Source: a virus. Taken from it: a stretch of 64,000 nt of DNA. Location: positions 50,041-114,040 of the IMG/VR virus record IMGVR_UViG_3300043448_000837; one strand, given 5' to 3'. The notes below the pieces were generated by a model. The model was given only the letters and a program-made list of their open reading frames with translations, had not been told where the DNA came from and searched no databases. How positions within the stretch are numbered: position 1 is the first letter of the stretch; every line of letters starts with the position of its first letter. The position numbers and the translations under genes were made by a program. Below, piece after piece: positions 37,154 to 47,113 of the stretch.

Positions 37154-37554
37154 GTGGATCTCTGGCTGGGATGGTACCGCCGTCATTAACCTCCTACCCA
37201 GAGGTTACCAGAGATGTTGTTCGCTTTCGTGGGCCTGAGAACGGATTGGTTACCGCCAGGTGTACCTTTCTCGTGCGGCGCTGAAACGGATTGGTTACCG
37301 CCAACTTACCGCCTCTTGTCTTTCCGAAGGAAAGTATCAGGCGAATGGACTCTTGGCTGGGGCGATGCGTCCGTCATTAACCAGCTGTTCACTGATTACC
37401 AAGAGGCGGGCGTCCCTAGTCCCCGCGATTTGCCAGAACTGATGAAGTGGCCGGAGACCGAAGTCATAACCCACCTCTCGTTTCGAGTGCGTTTTAGCTC
37501 TTAAACTACGCTACTGAAGTAGCGGTGGGTCTGACACCACACGTTTCACTCTAA
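37154..37554 (-). ncRNA. ~400-nt ncRNA region with two duplicated RNA motifs
   Basis: 19-mer repeated at 37240 and 37285; three-way-junction motif at 37159-37213 and 37350-37405. Confidence 0.6.
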
Positions 37555-37626
37555 TAGTCCCAACGGGATTCGAACCCGTGCTACAACCTTGAAAGGGTTG
37601 TGACCTAACCGCTAGTCGATAGGACC
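37555..37626 (-). tRNA. tRNA-Glu(UUC)
   Basis: Loop CT-TTC-AA. Confidence 0.9.
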
Positions 37627-37998
37627 ATTTGAAAACCTTTGGCTCAGTTCATGCCGTGCGATTTACCCTGGACCGCATATCCAGGCACCAAAGGTTTTTG
37701 GTAATTTCTATTGAGTTTTCAAGTTTCGTGTGACCTTGGAGAAGAACCTCTTTCAACCACCCTTTTATCATAGCGCCTTTTGCGCCAGAAGTAAAGGGGT
37801 GGAAACCGCCCAGAGAGGGCGGGAAACCGTCCTAGTGACTGAAGCGTCGGCAGCGCCGACCTGGTCACGCACGGAGGTGGGTTTTTCACTTTTCAAGGTT
37901 CGGGGCGAGGCTTTCCTCAACCACCCTTTAACTATAGCGCCTTTTGCGCCAGAAGTAAAGGGGTGGAAACCGTACCGAGGGTACGGGAAACCGCCCTA

Positions 37999-38079
37999 TG
38001 CCCTCCGGGAGACTCGAACTCCCACGCACAAGGCACTGGTACCTAAAACCAGGGCGTCTACCAATTCCGCCAGGAGGGC
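37999..38079 (-). tRNA. tRNA-Leu(UAG)
   Basis: Loop TT-TAG-GT. Confidence 0.9.
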
Positions 38080-38084
38080 AAATA

Positions 38085-38184
38085 AGACTGGAATGGAATG
38101 AACGGGAATCGAACCCGTCACTGAAGAGTTCCTTCTGGAGGTTTTTCTCTCCGAGCACCGCCGAGGCACCCCACGTTCCAGTCT
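38085..38184 (-). ncRNA. tRNA-like RNA with non-canonical anticodon loop
   Basis: T arm gacgggTTCGATTcccgtt, ggag-agaaaaac-ctcc arm, outer stem agactggaa/ttccagtct. Confidence 0.6.
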
Positions 38185-38563
38185 ATCGAATTTTCAAGGT
38201 TCGGGGCGAGGCTTTCCTCAACCACCCTTTAACTATAGCGCCTTTTGCGCCAGAAGTAAAGGGGTGGAAACCGCCCAGAGAGGGCGGTAACCCGGTGGTT
38301 GTGTCCGGGTCCACACAAGAGAATCCCCGGACCGGTGACCCGCCAGCCGTAAAGCCGACGGAGCACCCAACCACCCTTTAACTATAACCCGTTTAGGGGC
38401 TCGAGTAAAGGGGGCAAACCGGCCTTTTCAGGCGGTTAACCGCCCTTTCGTCGCTCTTGCTCGTAAATATACTGCAGTCCAAGCATTGGAACAACAATTA
38501 CACCAAACCCGCAGAGTCCGAGCCAAATGGGACTGTCGGCAAGTGTGCGTACGAGGTGAAGCA

Positions 38564-38818
38564 TTAGGCTCCCTGGAAGTATTCAAGCGTTGGCCACTTA
38601 TCCTCGATCCATATCATGGTTTTCACGATATCTGCGCGAGCTTTCATCTTTGTAGGTGCGATTCCGTTGTGCATGTGAGTTCCCCATGGTCCTCCATCTT
38701 CCCAAACAAGACACCAGTGCCACTCTTGTTTTCCTTCGCACCACCACACCTCTGCCGAGCAGTTTCGACTGTCAAGGCGAACGGTGGTCACATGTCTGTT
38801 TCCAGAACCGGTAATCAC
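38564..38818 (-). CDS. hypothetical protein
   Basis: Trp-rich 84-aa ORF. Confidence 0.55.
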   Translation of the reverse strand: MITGSGNRHVTTVRLDSRNCSAEVWWCEGKQEWHWCLVWEDGGPWGTHMHNGIAPTKMKARADIVKTMIWIEDKWPTLEYFQGA

Positions 38819-38824
38819 AGATCG

Positions 38825-39040
38825 TCAATCCGATACTTCGACTGAAGTAGCAGGTCGAGCTCCGTCTTCAACCTTTCGGAAGACGATTTGCTTGTGAACG
38901 GCATAAATTTCGAGAGTGTCTCCTTCACCCCAGCCGAGGGCATCAAGGAGCTCGTCAGGAAACGGAAAAACGAGGTTACCTTCGTCATCTTCTTCAAGGG
39001 TGATCGTGAATGAGTCGGGATCTGTGTTAAACCCAGGCAT
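38825..39040 (-). CDS. AbrB/MazE-like DNA-binding protein
   Basis: GNLVFPFPDELLDALGWGEGDTL. Confidence 0.75.
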   Translation of the reverse strand: MPGFNTDPDSFTITLEEDDEGNLVFPFPDELLDALGWGEGDTLEIYAVHKQIVFRKVEDGARPATSVEVSD

Positions 39041-39430
39041 TGTTCTCTGAAATGATGATTGTTTTCGTAGGGTTCACAATGAGAATGTCGTTTCGCATTG
39101 TGTGCATCCTTTCTCGATTTCTCGACGAAGTTGGAAGCTCTTGTAGTAGAAGTTTAGTTCCATTGGGATCAACCTCGTACATTTGCAAGATCCCTGGGGG
39201 GAACGAACGCGGCGGAATCACTTGGGACCTCTGTAATCGTTAGCCATTTGGACTCCAAATCCTCGCCGTTTTCGTGAAGGGAACGAACTGCTCGTCCGAT
39301 GGTGCAGAACACTTTCCCCCTCTCCCCCCAGGCGCACCCGGTCCAGAATTTTCCGGACACGTTTTCAACCAGGAACATTTCGAGTTAAGTCGCACTGAGC
39401 TCAGCATAGGTGCCGAGCTGGCGGGTAAAC

Positions 39431-39868
39431 TCAGTGACCTGCGAAAGCTTGGAGTAGATACAAATCGCTCAGAATTGATTCTGCCATCGCCTGCATGTGA
39501 CTACCGATTCCAACGAGCCGGGGGTCTTGACTGTTTTCTTCGCAGAACTTGTAAAAAATACCAACGGCGCTATTAAGAGCCATAAGGTAATCAAGATTAA
39601 GCTCCACCAGGGACTGCGCATCAAAAAACTCCATAGAGATTCCTGGACCTGAAAACAGACTGAAATCCGGGTCAAACCCACATGCGCGAAGGGTTTCAAC
39701 AAGGCCGTCCATCAGTTCTCCGAGATCGTTATAGATTCTCTCGAAAAGAAGGTGGGCCTCATAGAAGTTCGGACCCCGTACATTCCAATGCGAAAGACGG
39801 GCAACGATTATGGCGTCGTTCAGGTATTTTACCGATTTGTTGGAGTAGACCGTAAATTCTTCGTTCAT
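39431..39868 (-). CDS. dps: Dps/ferritin-like protein
   Basis: HWNVRGPNFYEAHLLFERIY...DGLVE. Confidence 0.75.
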   Translation of the reverse strand: MNEEFTVYSNKSVKYLNDAIIVARLSHWNVRGPNFYEAHLLFERIYNDLGELMDGLVETLRACGFDPDFSLFSGPGISMEFFDAQSLVELNLDYLMALNSAVGIFYKFCEENSQDPRLVGIGSHMQAMAESILSDLYLLQAFAGH

Positions 39869-39887
39869 GTTAGGGTTCCTCACTTGT

Positions 39888-40365
39888 TTATGATCGGTGG
39901 CTATGTTCAGGGTCACGATCAGGTTTTACCCTTTTCCGACACTCTTTGACATGCTCTGCCAACTCTTTCAGGTCGCAAATTAAAGAACCACTTTCTTCGT
40001 TGCATCCGATCACGAGGCCGCAAAGCGGGCACCGAAACTTGGATTTTATGTAATTATCTTCGAGTTTCATTTTATTTCCTATACACTTGTCGAGAATGGG
40101 CGTAAAGCTCCACCGAAACTGAATCCCCGTGCTGATGAACGGCCAGGTATTCTCTGTTCGGGTCGTAATTTGCCAGTGTTTCCGTCAACTTCTCAGCGAA
40201 TACGTCCTCGGTGTCCCTTTGAGGCAGAGAACGAAGAAACTTGAAAACTTCTTCCCAAGTCAGAAAATTGCAGGCTTCCGAGTCATAGAAGTGGCATCCT
40301 CTTTGACCGATATGTTTTTGAAAGCTACGCGAGAGGTGATTCATCTTGATACCGCATTGGAACAA
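39888..40365 (-). other. two hypothetical ORFs (39888-40070, 40072-40365)
   Basis: Tandem minus-strand ORFs. Confidence 0.55.
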
Positions 40366-40514
40366 GAGCGCCTCTTACCCTTCTCTTCAAAACTGGCCGA
40401 GAATCGCTGATCATCTTCGCAGTGCGATACGACGCATCCTTGCCATTCAACTCCGAAGAGCCTTCACATGGGTGCGTTTCATCGTATTTTGATGACGTAT
40501 CGCTCATAGGAACC

Positions 40515-41135
40515 TTAATAGGAAATCTGCCAGTTGCCGTCTTTCTTCTCGGAGATTGTAAAGGAAAACTGCTTCGCCTTCTCGCCCGGTGCGGCGTCGT
40601 AGAAGATACCGCTGAAGGATTTACCGTCGTCCGCCATCAGATAGTTGTTGGCTTCATTCGGAGGGTTACCTTCGCTGTCGGTGATATCGGTTACGCCATC
40701 CAGGTACACGCTTGCGATAACTTTCTTCAAGAAAGTTTCCATCTTGGCGCTCAAATCGCCCTCAGCAAACTCAAACTCGTTGAATTCTACGGGCTCGGGC
40801 TCAATCTGAAACTCAAGCTTGTCTGCTTGAACCTGCAGAACCGAATCTGGATCAGGCCACTGGGAAGGATCCACACTCAGCAAAGCATCAACAACCTCGC
40901 AGTATTCGTCGTAGGTTGCTTCAGGGCCAAGATCGATACGGTCGATCAACTCGAGCATCGAGATACGACCATCTGCGAAATCGTGCCGCAGAGTCTGCAG
41001 GTAAGAACGTGGGAATTCCGAGAAGTTTCCCCCTGTTGTCTCCCACAGGAGATCAGTTACACGTTTTGCGCTTTCGGAGAACGACTGGTCCGCCCCGAAC
41101 TTCGGATTTCGATCGAACACCATGGGAAGAGGCAA
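40515..41135 (-). CDS. acidic hypothetical late protein
   Basis: 206-aa ORF after GGGTAAAA. Confidence 0.7.
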   Translation of the reverse strand: MPLPMVFDRNPKFGADQSFSESAKRVTDLLWETTGGNFSEFPRSYLQTLRHDFADGRISMLELIDRIDLGPEATYDEYCEVVDALLSVDPSQWPDPDSVLQVQADKLEFQIEPEPVEFNEFEFAEGDLSAKMETFLKKVIASVYLDGVTDITDSEGNPPNEANNYLMADDGKSFSGIFYDAAPGEKAKQFSFTISEKKDGNWQISY

Positions 41136-41174
41136 TACTTTCCCTTATTTTACCCTCTTTTGACCACGAGTAAA

Positions 41175-41480
41175 CTACATTTCAGGTTCTTGCAATCGCG
41201 GGTTCCTTCTTCCACCGCTGAAATCAATCGACTTGAGCCGGATGCCGAGATCGTAATAATGATCGAAGATATCGACCATTCGTCGAGCTTTGATCACATC
41301 GGTGACACCGTCTCTACGGACAACGATGTAACAATCGTTGGTTAGATTTTTAGGGTCGATGTCACTCAGAAGGACATCTTGTGCGATAACTCGAATCTTT
41401 TCCAAGGGATTAGCGGCTGATTTCTTCCCAGTCCATGCTGGCGTAAACAAGCTGGCTGGCGTTTGCTCCGGCAACCGCAA
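41175..41480 (-). CDS. conserved cyanophage hypothetical protein
   Basis: VDIFDHYYD...G.RNPRL; start uncertain. Confidence 0.6.
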   Translation of the reverse strand: MRLPEQTPASLFTPAWTGKKSAANPLEKIRVIAQDVLLSDIDPKNLTNDCYIVVRRDGVTDVIKARRMVDIFDHYYDLGIRLKSIDFSGGRRNPRLQEPEM

Positions 41481-43125
41481 CCGATAGCGTGTACGGGGTT
41501 CCCGTCAAACCGTCGCGCTCAAGCTGAAAGGCAAACAGAGCCTCTTTCAGAATGTCGATTGAAGGTGAGCCCTGGTTTGAGGCAGAGGTGTAACCCGAGG
41601 CAAGAACTCTGCCACCGGTGATTTCAGTACCTGTTAGATTGTATTCCACGGAAGAACTATCCCCGGCACTCACCCAAGTCCCGCCCGCAATTGTTCCGCT
41701 TGCAACTACGCGCCAGTTGTAAACCTCGTTATTTCCGCTCCCTAGAATCGAGATCGCAGTGAGAATTGCGATTGCATCGAGTCGAGAAGTTTTCAGTTGA
41801 AGAGACACAACCGGGTAGTAGGTTCCTGCCACGGTTAAAGCTTTTGGCGCTGTGATCGCAGTTCCGACGCTCTGCTGAGATCCTCGCAGTTCGTAACCAC
41901 CTTCTGAGATTACCGTCGTGCAAATTTGCTTCAGAGTGCTTGCTGACGCTGTCACCCCTATGTTAGCAACCTCGTAACGCATCGGCAAAGAAGCCGAGGT
42001 AATATAGGTGGAAGCAATCAGGTTAGCGTGTTGAAATTGGTGGCACAGGATGAATGTTCCGTCAATCACGAAACCGAGGCGAACTGTTCCGACACCCAGC
42101 CATTCCATGTCGAGGAATAGAATCTGCGCCTTTGTTGGGTCCAGGGTCAACCCTGAAGGACCTGTTCCGTTCAACGGGTCAACGTTCCAGCCAGTGTCGC
42201 TCGGTCCGTATACACCTCCGGCTTGACTGATTTTCGTTTCGACTAAGGAACCGGTAACGGAACTTCTTTCGACGAAACAAAGGCTGTTCGTCGTACCGCC
42301 TAGCTCAAGGTAGTAACCATTGGCAGAACCGTAGTAACCAACTCGTTGGCGAAGATTGGTCTTGGGTGTGTTGAACACAAATGTGTCCATCACTAGCAGA
42401 GACTTACCGGGTTGATATGAGAAAACTTTCGTGGTTTCTCGAATTACTTCGGCGCCCGATGCCGTGGTTACGTTCAAGTCGACCAAACCTTGGGCGGCGT
42501 TGAAAGATGTAGAACCGCCGGTTACAGTCGCGGTGCTCCAAAGATTGTTGTCTGCGTAACGATGGCTGGAGTCAAACAGCGTGTATGGGGCGGAAGTGCG
42601 CAGGCGCCCGAAAGCGTCTGTCGACATATAAGGAAATGCCGTAACAGTTGAAGTCGTCGTAACGTTCCCTGAAACAACCCAAGGAGAAGTTCCCTGGTTG
42701 GCGGTAACTGTGCCGCTGATTGGCAGAGGGTTACCAGCGTCGTTTTTAACTTCGACTTCACCAGTAATAGAAACCGCGCCGTTGATGTTCTGGGACGCAG
42801 GCCAGTTTGTGACTGCAACGTTTGATGCTGGTCCGCTACCTCCCCCGGAGTACAGATCGTACATCACAATCTGCAGCTCGTCAGCGGAATTGCAGAACGA
42901 AGTGTTTTGACGAAGAGTTAGAGTGGTGGCAACTCCATCGTCTGTCAGAATGATCGTCGCTTCGTACTCCTCAGGGTCGAAGAAAGGAATATTTCTTGTT
43001 AAGTTCGTGATGTGAGCGAATTGCTCAATTGTATAGACGCCAGGAATCTCGATTGTGCCTTCCCCTTCATTTCCAGGAGTAAATGTCCAATTTTGAAGAA
43101 CGTACATGGGGGAAGGTTTCATCAA
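41410..43125 (-). CDS. virion structural / tail-associated protein
   Basis: DAFGRLRTS.PYTLFDSSH, YQPGKS, EWLGVG motifs of cyanophage structural proteins. Confidence 0.7.
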   Translation of the reverse strand: MMKPSPMYVLQNWTFTPGNEGEGTIEIPGVYTIEQFAHITNLTRNIPFFDPEEYEATIILTDDGVATTLTLRQNTSFCNSADELQIVMYDLYSGGGSGPASNVAVTNWPASQNINGAVSITGEVEVKNDAGNPLPISGTVTANQGTSPWVVSGNVTTTSTVTAFPYMSTDAFGRLRTSAPYTLFDSSHRYADNNLWSTATVTGGSTSFNAAQGLVDLNVTTASGAEVIRETTKVFSYQPGKSLLVMDTFVFNTPKTNLRQRVGYYGSANGYYLELGGTTNSLCFVERSSVTGSLVETKISQAGGVYGPSDTGWNVDPLNGTGPSGLTLDPTKAQILFLDMEWLGVGTVRLGFVIDGTFILCHQFQHANLIASTYITSASLPMRYEVANIGVTASASTLKQICTTVISEGGYELRGSQQSVGTAITAPKALTVAGTYYPVVSLQLKTSRLDAIAILTAISILGSGNNEVYNWRVVASGTIAGGTWVSAGDSSSVEYNLTGTEITGGRVLASGYTSASNQGSPSIDILKEALFAFQLERDGLTGTPYTLSVAVAGANASQLVYASMDWEEISR

Positions 43126-43192
43126 TAGTTGATTTTACCCTCGAAGTGCTTCTTTACTGCGAGTTTCACCGAGATCTGGTACACAAAGCGTA

Positions 43193-44299
43193 TCAGTAGT
43201 CGGCCTCCAGGTAGCAGCTCATCAAGGCGATGCCGATCACGCTGCTGGTGCCGCCAACGCTCATCCAGCCGCGTTGGGTCAGAAGCGTGGTGGTGGTTGG
43301 CATGTTAGTGTTGATCGTGCCAGAGGTTGTGGCTCCGGTGCCGAGATCGGTCACGGCGTAGCTGACTGACTGCGTGCTGCCTGGGGGCGAGAACATAACC
43401 AGCTCATAGACCTTGGTGCGATCCGTTGTCGGTACGGGGAAGCTGGCGCCGAGGTCGACCTTGGTGATTGCAGCAGTGCCCCGGTGCATGATCTGGATGT
43501 TGGCGTCTGCTGCGTCCCAGCCCATGCCGATGATGTTGGTGATCGTGCTCGGCTGAACGTCGGTCGGCGCAGCAGTGGTGTTGGCCATGCCGACAAAAGC
43601 ACGGTTGGTGGTGGTTGCGACGCCGGTGGCTGGTCCCCAGCGGCAGACATAGAAGAAGCCGCCTTCGTCCGCAGCAGCGCCGCCAACAGTCCAGCCGAGG
43701 TTTGGGTAGCGCCAGCCAGCAACCGCTGAGGTTGATGCAGTGGTGACGAGATACTCAACACGCTGCGTTCGCGTGTATCTGTTGGTGGTGGCGATTGCAG
43801 CGGAGGTCGCAGTGCCTGTTGCAGTAAGGGCAACGGTCCCCATGACTGCAGGCGCGTTGGAGCCACTCACGCCCGACCACAGCATCACCCGGTTTTGAGC
43901 CAGTGTCGGCTGCAGTGCAGCATCGGCCGATGTAGTGCTGTTTTTGAAGGCCACCAAAGATCGCCCGCCGATTGATAGCGAGGTGATCTTTACGCCTGCA
44001 GTTGGAGTCGTAACTGTGGCGTTATCAGCGAGAACAAGATCGCCGTCGTGGATGGTTACATCGCTAGCGCCACCAAACGCTCCAGCGTTGTTATACTGCA
44101 CTTGGCCACTACTTCCAGCAGGGCTTCCCCCTCCGCCACCCGCTCCGACCTCAACAATGCTTTGTACTCCAGAAACGTCTTTCTTCAGAAAGAGTTTTCC
44201 GTCGTAGGTGTTAATCGCAAGCTCACCTAGGGCCAGCTGCGCAGTAGTGGGAACTGCCCCTTGAACGGCTGAGCGCCGTAATTTAATTGTCTGTGCCAT
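43193..44299 (-). CDS. tail fibre / receptor-binding protein
   Basis: N-terminal IKLRRSAV...GELAINTYDGKLFLK; GQVQYNNAGAFGG. Confidence 0.75.
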   Translation of the reverse strand: MAQTIKLRRSAVQGAVPTTAQLALGELAINTYDGKLFLKKDVSGVQSIVEVGAGGGGGSPAGSSGQVQYNNAGAFGGASDVTIHDGDLVLADNATVTTPTAGVKITSLSIGGRSLVAFKNSTTSADAALQPTLAQNRVMLWSGVSGSNAPAVMGTVALTATGTATSAAIATTNRYTRTQRVEYLVTTASTSAVAGWRYPNLGWTVGGAAADEGGFFYVCRWGPATGVATTTNRAFVGMANTTAAPTDVQPSTITNIIGMGWDAADANIQIMHRGTAAITKVDLGASFPVPTTDRTKVYELVMFSPPGSTQSVSYAVTDLGTGATTSGTINTNMPTTTTLLTQRGWMSVGGTSSVIGIALMSCYLEADY

Positions 44300-44347
44300 G
44301 TGGCTATCCTCTTAGTTGCTATATAGCAGGATAAATGTGAAGTAAAC

Positions 44348-47113
44348 TCAGTATGTTCCGCCGTCAATCGTGTTGGTCCAGGTCGGAACGTTCGACGAGT
44401 TTACAGAAAGAATTGTACCAACACCGTTTGTAGCATCCCAAGTTCCAGCGGCTGTAACTCCTGCAGCACTCGTACCGTTGCCATAGACAACGCCATTCGC
44501 TGTCAGGGACGTTAAACCAGTTCCACCGTTGGCAACGACCACAGTTCCAGTAACGTTTGCCGCAGTTCCAGTGATGTTTGAATCAGTGAAGGCAATCGTT
44601 TTGGTTGCGGTTCCGTTGTAGAACTTGATGGTTCCGGAGTTGTTCCAGGAATCTCCGCTGGCTGGGGTTGTTGGGTCAGCAACACCTGTGCCGTAGTTAA
44701 TACTGGCGGTGGCTGCAGAGGCGTTCACCAGAGTGATCTTGCCAGTCATCGTGCCGCCGCTTCTTGCCAGCGCAGCGTTGGCTAGATCGTAGGCAGTCTT
44801 GACCGAGTTCGGTGAAGCAGCAGTTGTGATCGAAGTCGAGGCGACTGAATCAGTAACCTGCAGAATACCGGCGACAGAAGTCGTGCCACCCCGGACATCT
44901 GCCGAAACAGTTCCCGTTACGCGACCGTAAGCATCAATCGTCTGGGACTGAACAAAGTTGATTCCAGCAGTTCCCGACGTGTTAGTTTGAGAAACTGTGG
45001 CAAGGTCAACTTGGTCCGAGCCGTTGATGACAGTGCGGCCTGCGGCAACGTTGACGTCAAGGGTGTTGCCTGTTTTGGTGAGACCGTTTCCAGCGGTAAT
45101 TTGGCCCGCACCCGAGAATTGAGTGAACGAGATTGAGTCTCCGGTGAAGGTTGTGTAACCCGCTCCCGAAACTCCCATCCGAATCGGAGAGTTCTGAGTT
45201 TGAACGAATCCGTTTCCGCCGTTAGTTGTACCCGACGTTACAAAGATGAAGTCACCAGGCGAGATTTCCCCAGTGGGTGCGTTGTCGAAGTCAGTCGCAC
45301 GAGTCCATACACCGTTTGCGCCGGTTCCGATCGTAGTAATCGTGTAAACGCCGTTGTACGCAGCAGTTGTGTGATCTTTGACAAGGATTCTCAGTCCTGT
45401 TGCGGCGAATGTTCCAGAACCGTCTAGGCTGTTCGGCGTTCCAGTTAGTGTTGCCCCAACACCAGGGTTACCAATAACACCGATGCTCAGACCAGTTCCG
45501 TTAGTGAGAACAGCGTTCACACCGCCATAAGTGGCCGAAACTTTAACTTGATTACTTGCCGGAACAGCCGTGACGTAATAAGTCGTGTTGGCGGTAAGAC
45601 CGGTTCCTGTTACAGTGTTACCGGTGCGAAGCTGCGAGTTAACCAGAAGACCGTGATCGGCACTGAAGGTGATTGTATCTGTGCCCGTAATCGTGGTGAT
45701 TGTGAGCGCAGTACCACCCGACACGTAGGTGTAAGAAACTGCCGTGGTAGTGGCGTAATCTGCGGCAGCGTGAACGTTTAGGCTTTGGGCAATGGCGTCA
45801 GCGTACTGCTTTGTGACGGCATCGTTGGCAGCAACAGGTGCGCCAACCAGGGTGATTCTGGCGCCGTTGACATCAACTACACCAGTACCGTTGGGAACAA
45901 GGTTGACGTTCGTGTTAGTTCCACCTGCGGTGAATGTTAGAGCGCCGGTGCCGGTGATTGAACCGGTAGTTGTTCCAGTACCGCCATTCGCAACAGCAAT
46001 CGTAGAACCGTTCCAGGTTCCCGAAGTGATCGTTCCAACGGTAGCGAGACTGGAAAGTGCTGTTACACCCGTGTCAACCAGTGTGCCGGAAGTGGGAAGC
46101 GTAACGTTGGTGTTACCTGTAACAGTCAGTGTCGTTGTGAAAGCGCCGGAAGTTGTTAGGTTCCCACCCAGCGTAATCGTTCTTGCGCCGTTGTTGACGC
46201 CGGTTCCACCATAAGTCGGGCTGACAACTGAGCCGTTCCAGGTGCCGGAGGTAATGGTTCCAACGGTTGCCAGACTGGAAAGGGATGTAACAGCGGTGTT
46301 AACTAGCGTGCCCGTGGTAGGCAGAGTTACGTTGGTCGCACCAGTTGTCGTCAGGGTTAAAGCGTTTGCGCCAGAAGTAGTGAAGTTTCCAGCGATGTCA
46401 ATGTTGCCACCCAAACTCAGGGTTCTGTTGGCATTCTCGACATCAATCGTCAGAGCGCGAGCGGCGGTCAGGGCGATAGAAGAAGTTGCACCGATTGAAA
46501 CGTCGAACGCGGCGCTGGTGTCGCGAAGCGCCAGAGTTCCGAGTCCGGTGATGCTTGTCAAACCGGCGATCGTGGTTGCTGTGCCGCCAAGCGATACGGC
46601 TGTTGAACCCAGAGTTACTGAGCTGTTGACAAGTTTGCTGTTGGGGATCGAGTTGTTTGCGACCGACAGCGAAACAGTAACGTTGCTGCCTGAAGGTTGA
46701 GTCGCAGTGGAAGACAGAATCGTTCCGTCACCTGTGATCGAGAAAGTATTACCTGTCGCAAAAGTGAAGCTTCCTGCGTTGCCGGTGACTGTGAAGGTGG
46801 AAGCAACGGCGCTAACCGCAGTGCGCACATAGGCTGTTGAAGCCGCTTTCGTACTGTTGTCCGACTGAAGTTGGGTTGGGACTGTGATTGTTCCGGTGAA
46901 GTCCTTGGTTCCTGTGATTGTTGCGTTCGCACTCAGTGAAACGAAAGCACCAGCACCACCGATGGCAATGATCGAGGTCGCGTTACCCCCTAAGTTACCT
47001 GAACCGTAGTACAGGATTGCATCATTTTCGTTAAACGCTAATTCAGCGTTAGCGAGGGCAGAGGGAGCGCCTGAAGAGCCTGCTCGCCGTTTGATTCTGA
47101 TAATGTTGGCCAT
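44348..47113 (-). CDS. long tail fibre protein
   Basis: IRIKRR N-terminus, G/T-rich repeats, DAVTKQY, WTRATD, IDGGTY end. Confidence 0.8.
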   Translation of the reverse strand: MANIIRIKRRAGSSGAPSALANAELAFNENDAILYYGSGNLGGNATSIIAIGGAGAFVSLSANATITGTKDFTGTITVPTQLQSDNSTKAASTAYVRTAVSAVASTFTVTGNAGSFTFATGNTFSITGDGTILSSTATQPSGSNVTVSLSVANNSIPNSKLVNSSVTLGSTAVSLGGTATTIAGLTSITGLGTLALRDTSAAFDVSIGATSSIALTAARALTIDVENANRTLSLGGNIDIAGNFTTSGANALTLTTTGATNVTLPTTGTLVNTAVTSLSSLATVGTITSGTWNGSVVSPTYGGTGVNNGARTITLGGNLTTSGAFTTTLTVTGNTNVTLPTSGTLVDTGVTALSSLATVGTITSGTWNGSTIAVANGGTGTTTGSITGTGALTFTAGGTNTNVNLVPNGTGVVDVNGARITLVGAPVAANDAVTKQYADAIAQSLNVHAAADYATTTAVSYTYVSGGTALTITTITGTDTITFSADHGLLVNSQLRTGNTVTGTGLTANTTYYVTAVPASNQVKVSATYGGVNAVLTNGTGLSIGVIGNPGVGATLTGTPNSLDGSGTFAATGLRILVKDHTTAAYNGVYTITTIGTGANGVWTRATDFDNAPTGEISPGDFIFVTSGTTNGGNGFVQTQNSPIRMGVSGAGYTTFTGDSISFTQFSGAGQITAGNGLTKTGNTLDVNVAAGRTVINGSDQVDLATVSQTNTSGTAGINFVQSQTIDAYGRVTGTVSADVRGGTTSVAGILQVTDSVASTSITTAASPNSVKTAYDLANAALARSGGTMTGKITLVNASAATASINYGTGVADPTTPASGDSWNNSGTIKFYNGTATKTIAFTDSNITGTAANVTGTVVVANGGTGLTSLTANGVVYGNGTSAAGVTAAGTWDATNGVGTILSVNSSNVPTWTNTIDGGTY

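Larger units (their letters stand above)
37716..38446 (-). promoter_or_regulatory. Four tandem early-type promoters with boxB/boxA leaders heading the RNA operon
   Basis: TTTACT-N17-TATAGT/TATGAT four times, each followed by aaagggtggttg. GAACCTTGAAAA at 38191-38202 and 37890-37901, variant at 37716-37727. Confidence 0.8.
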
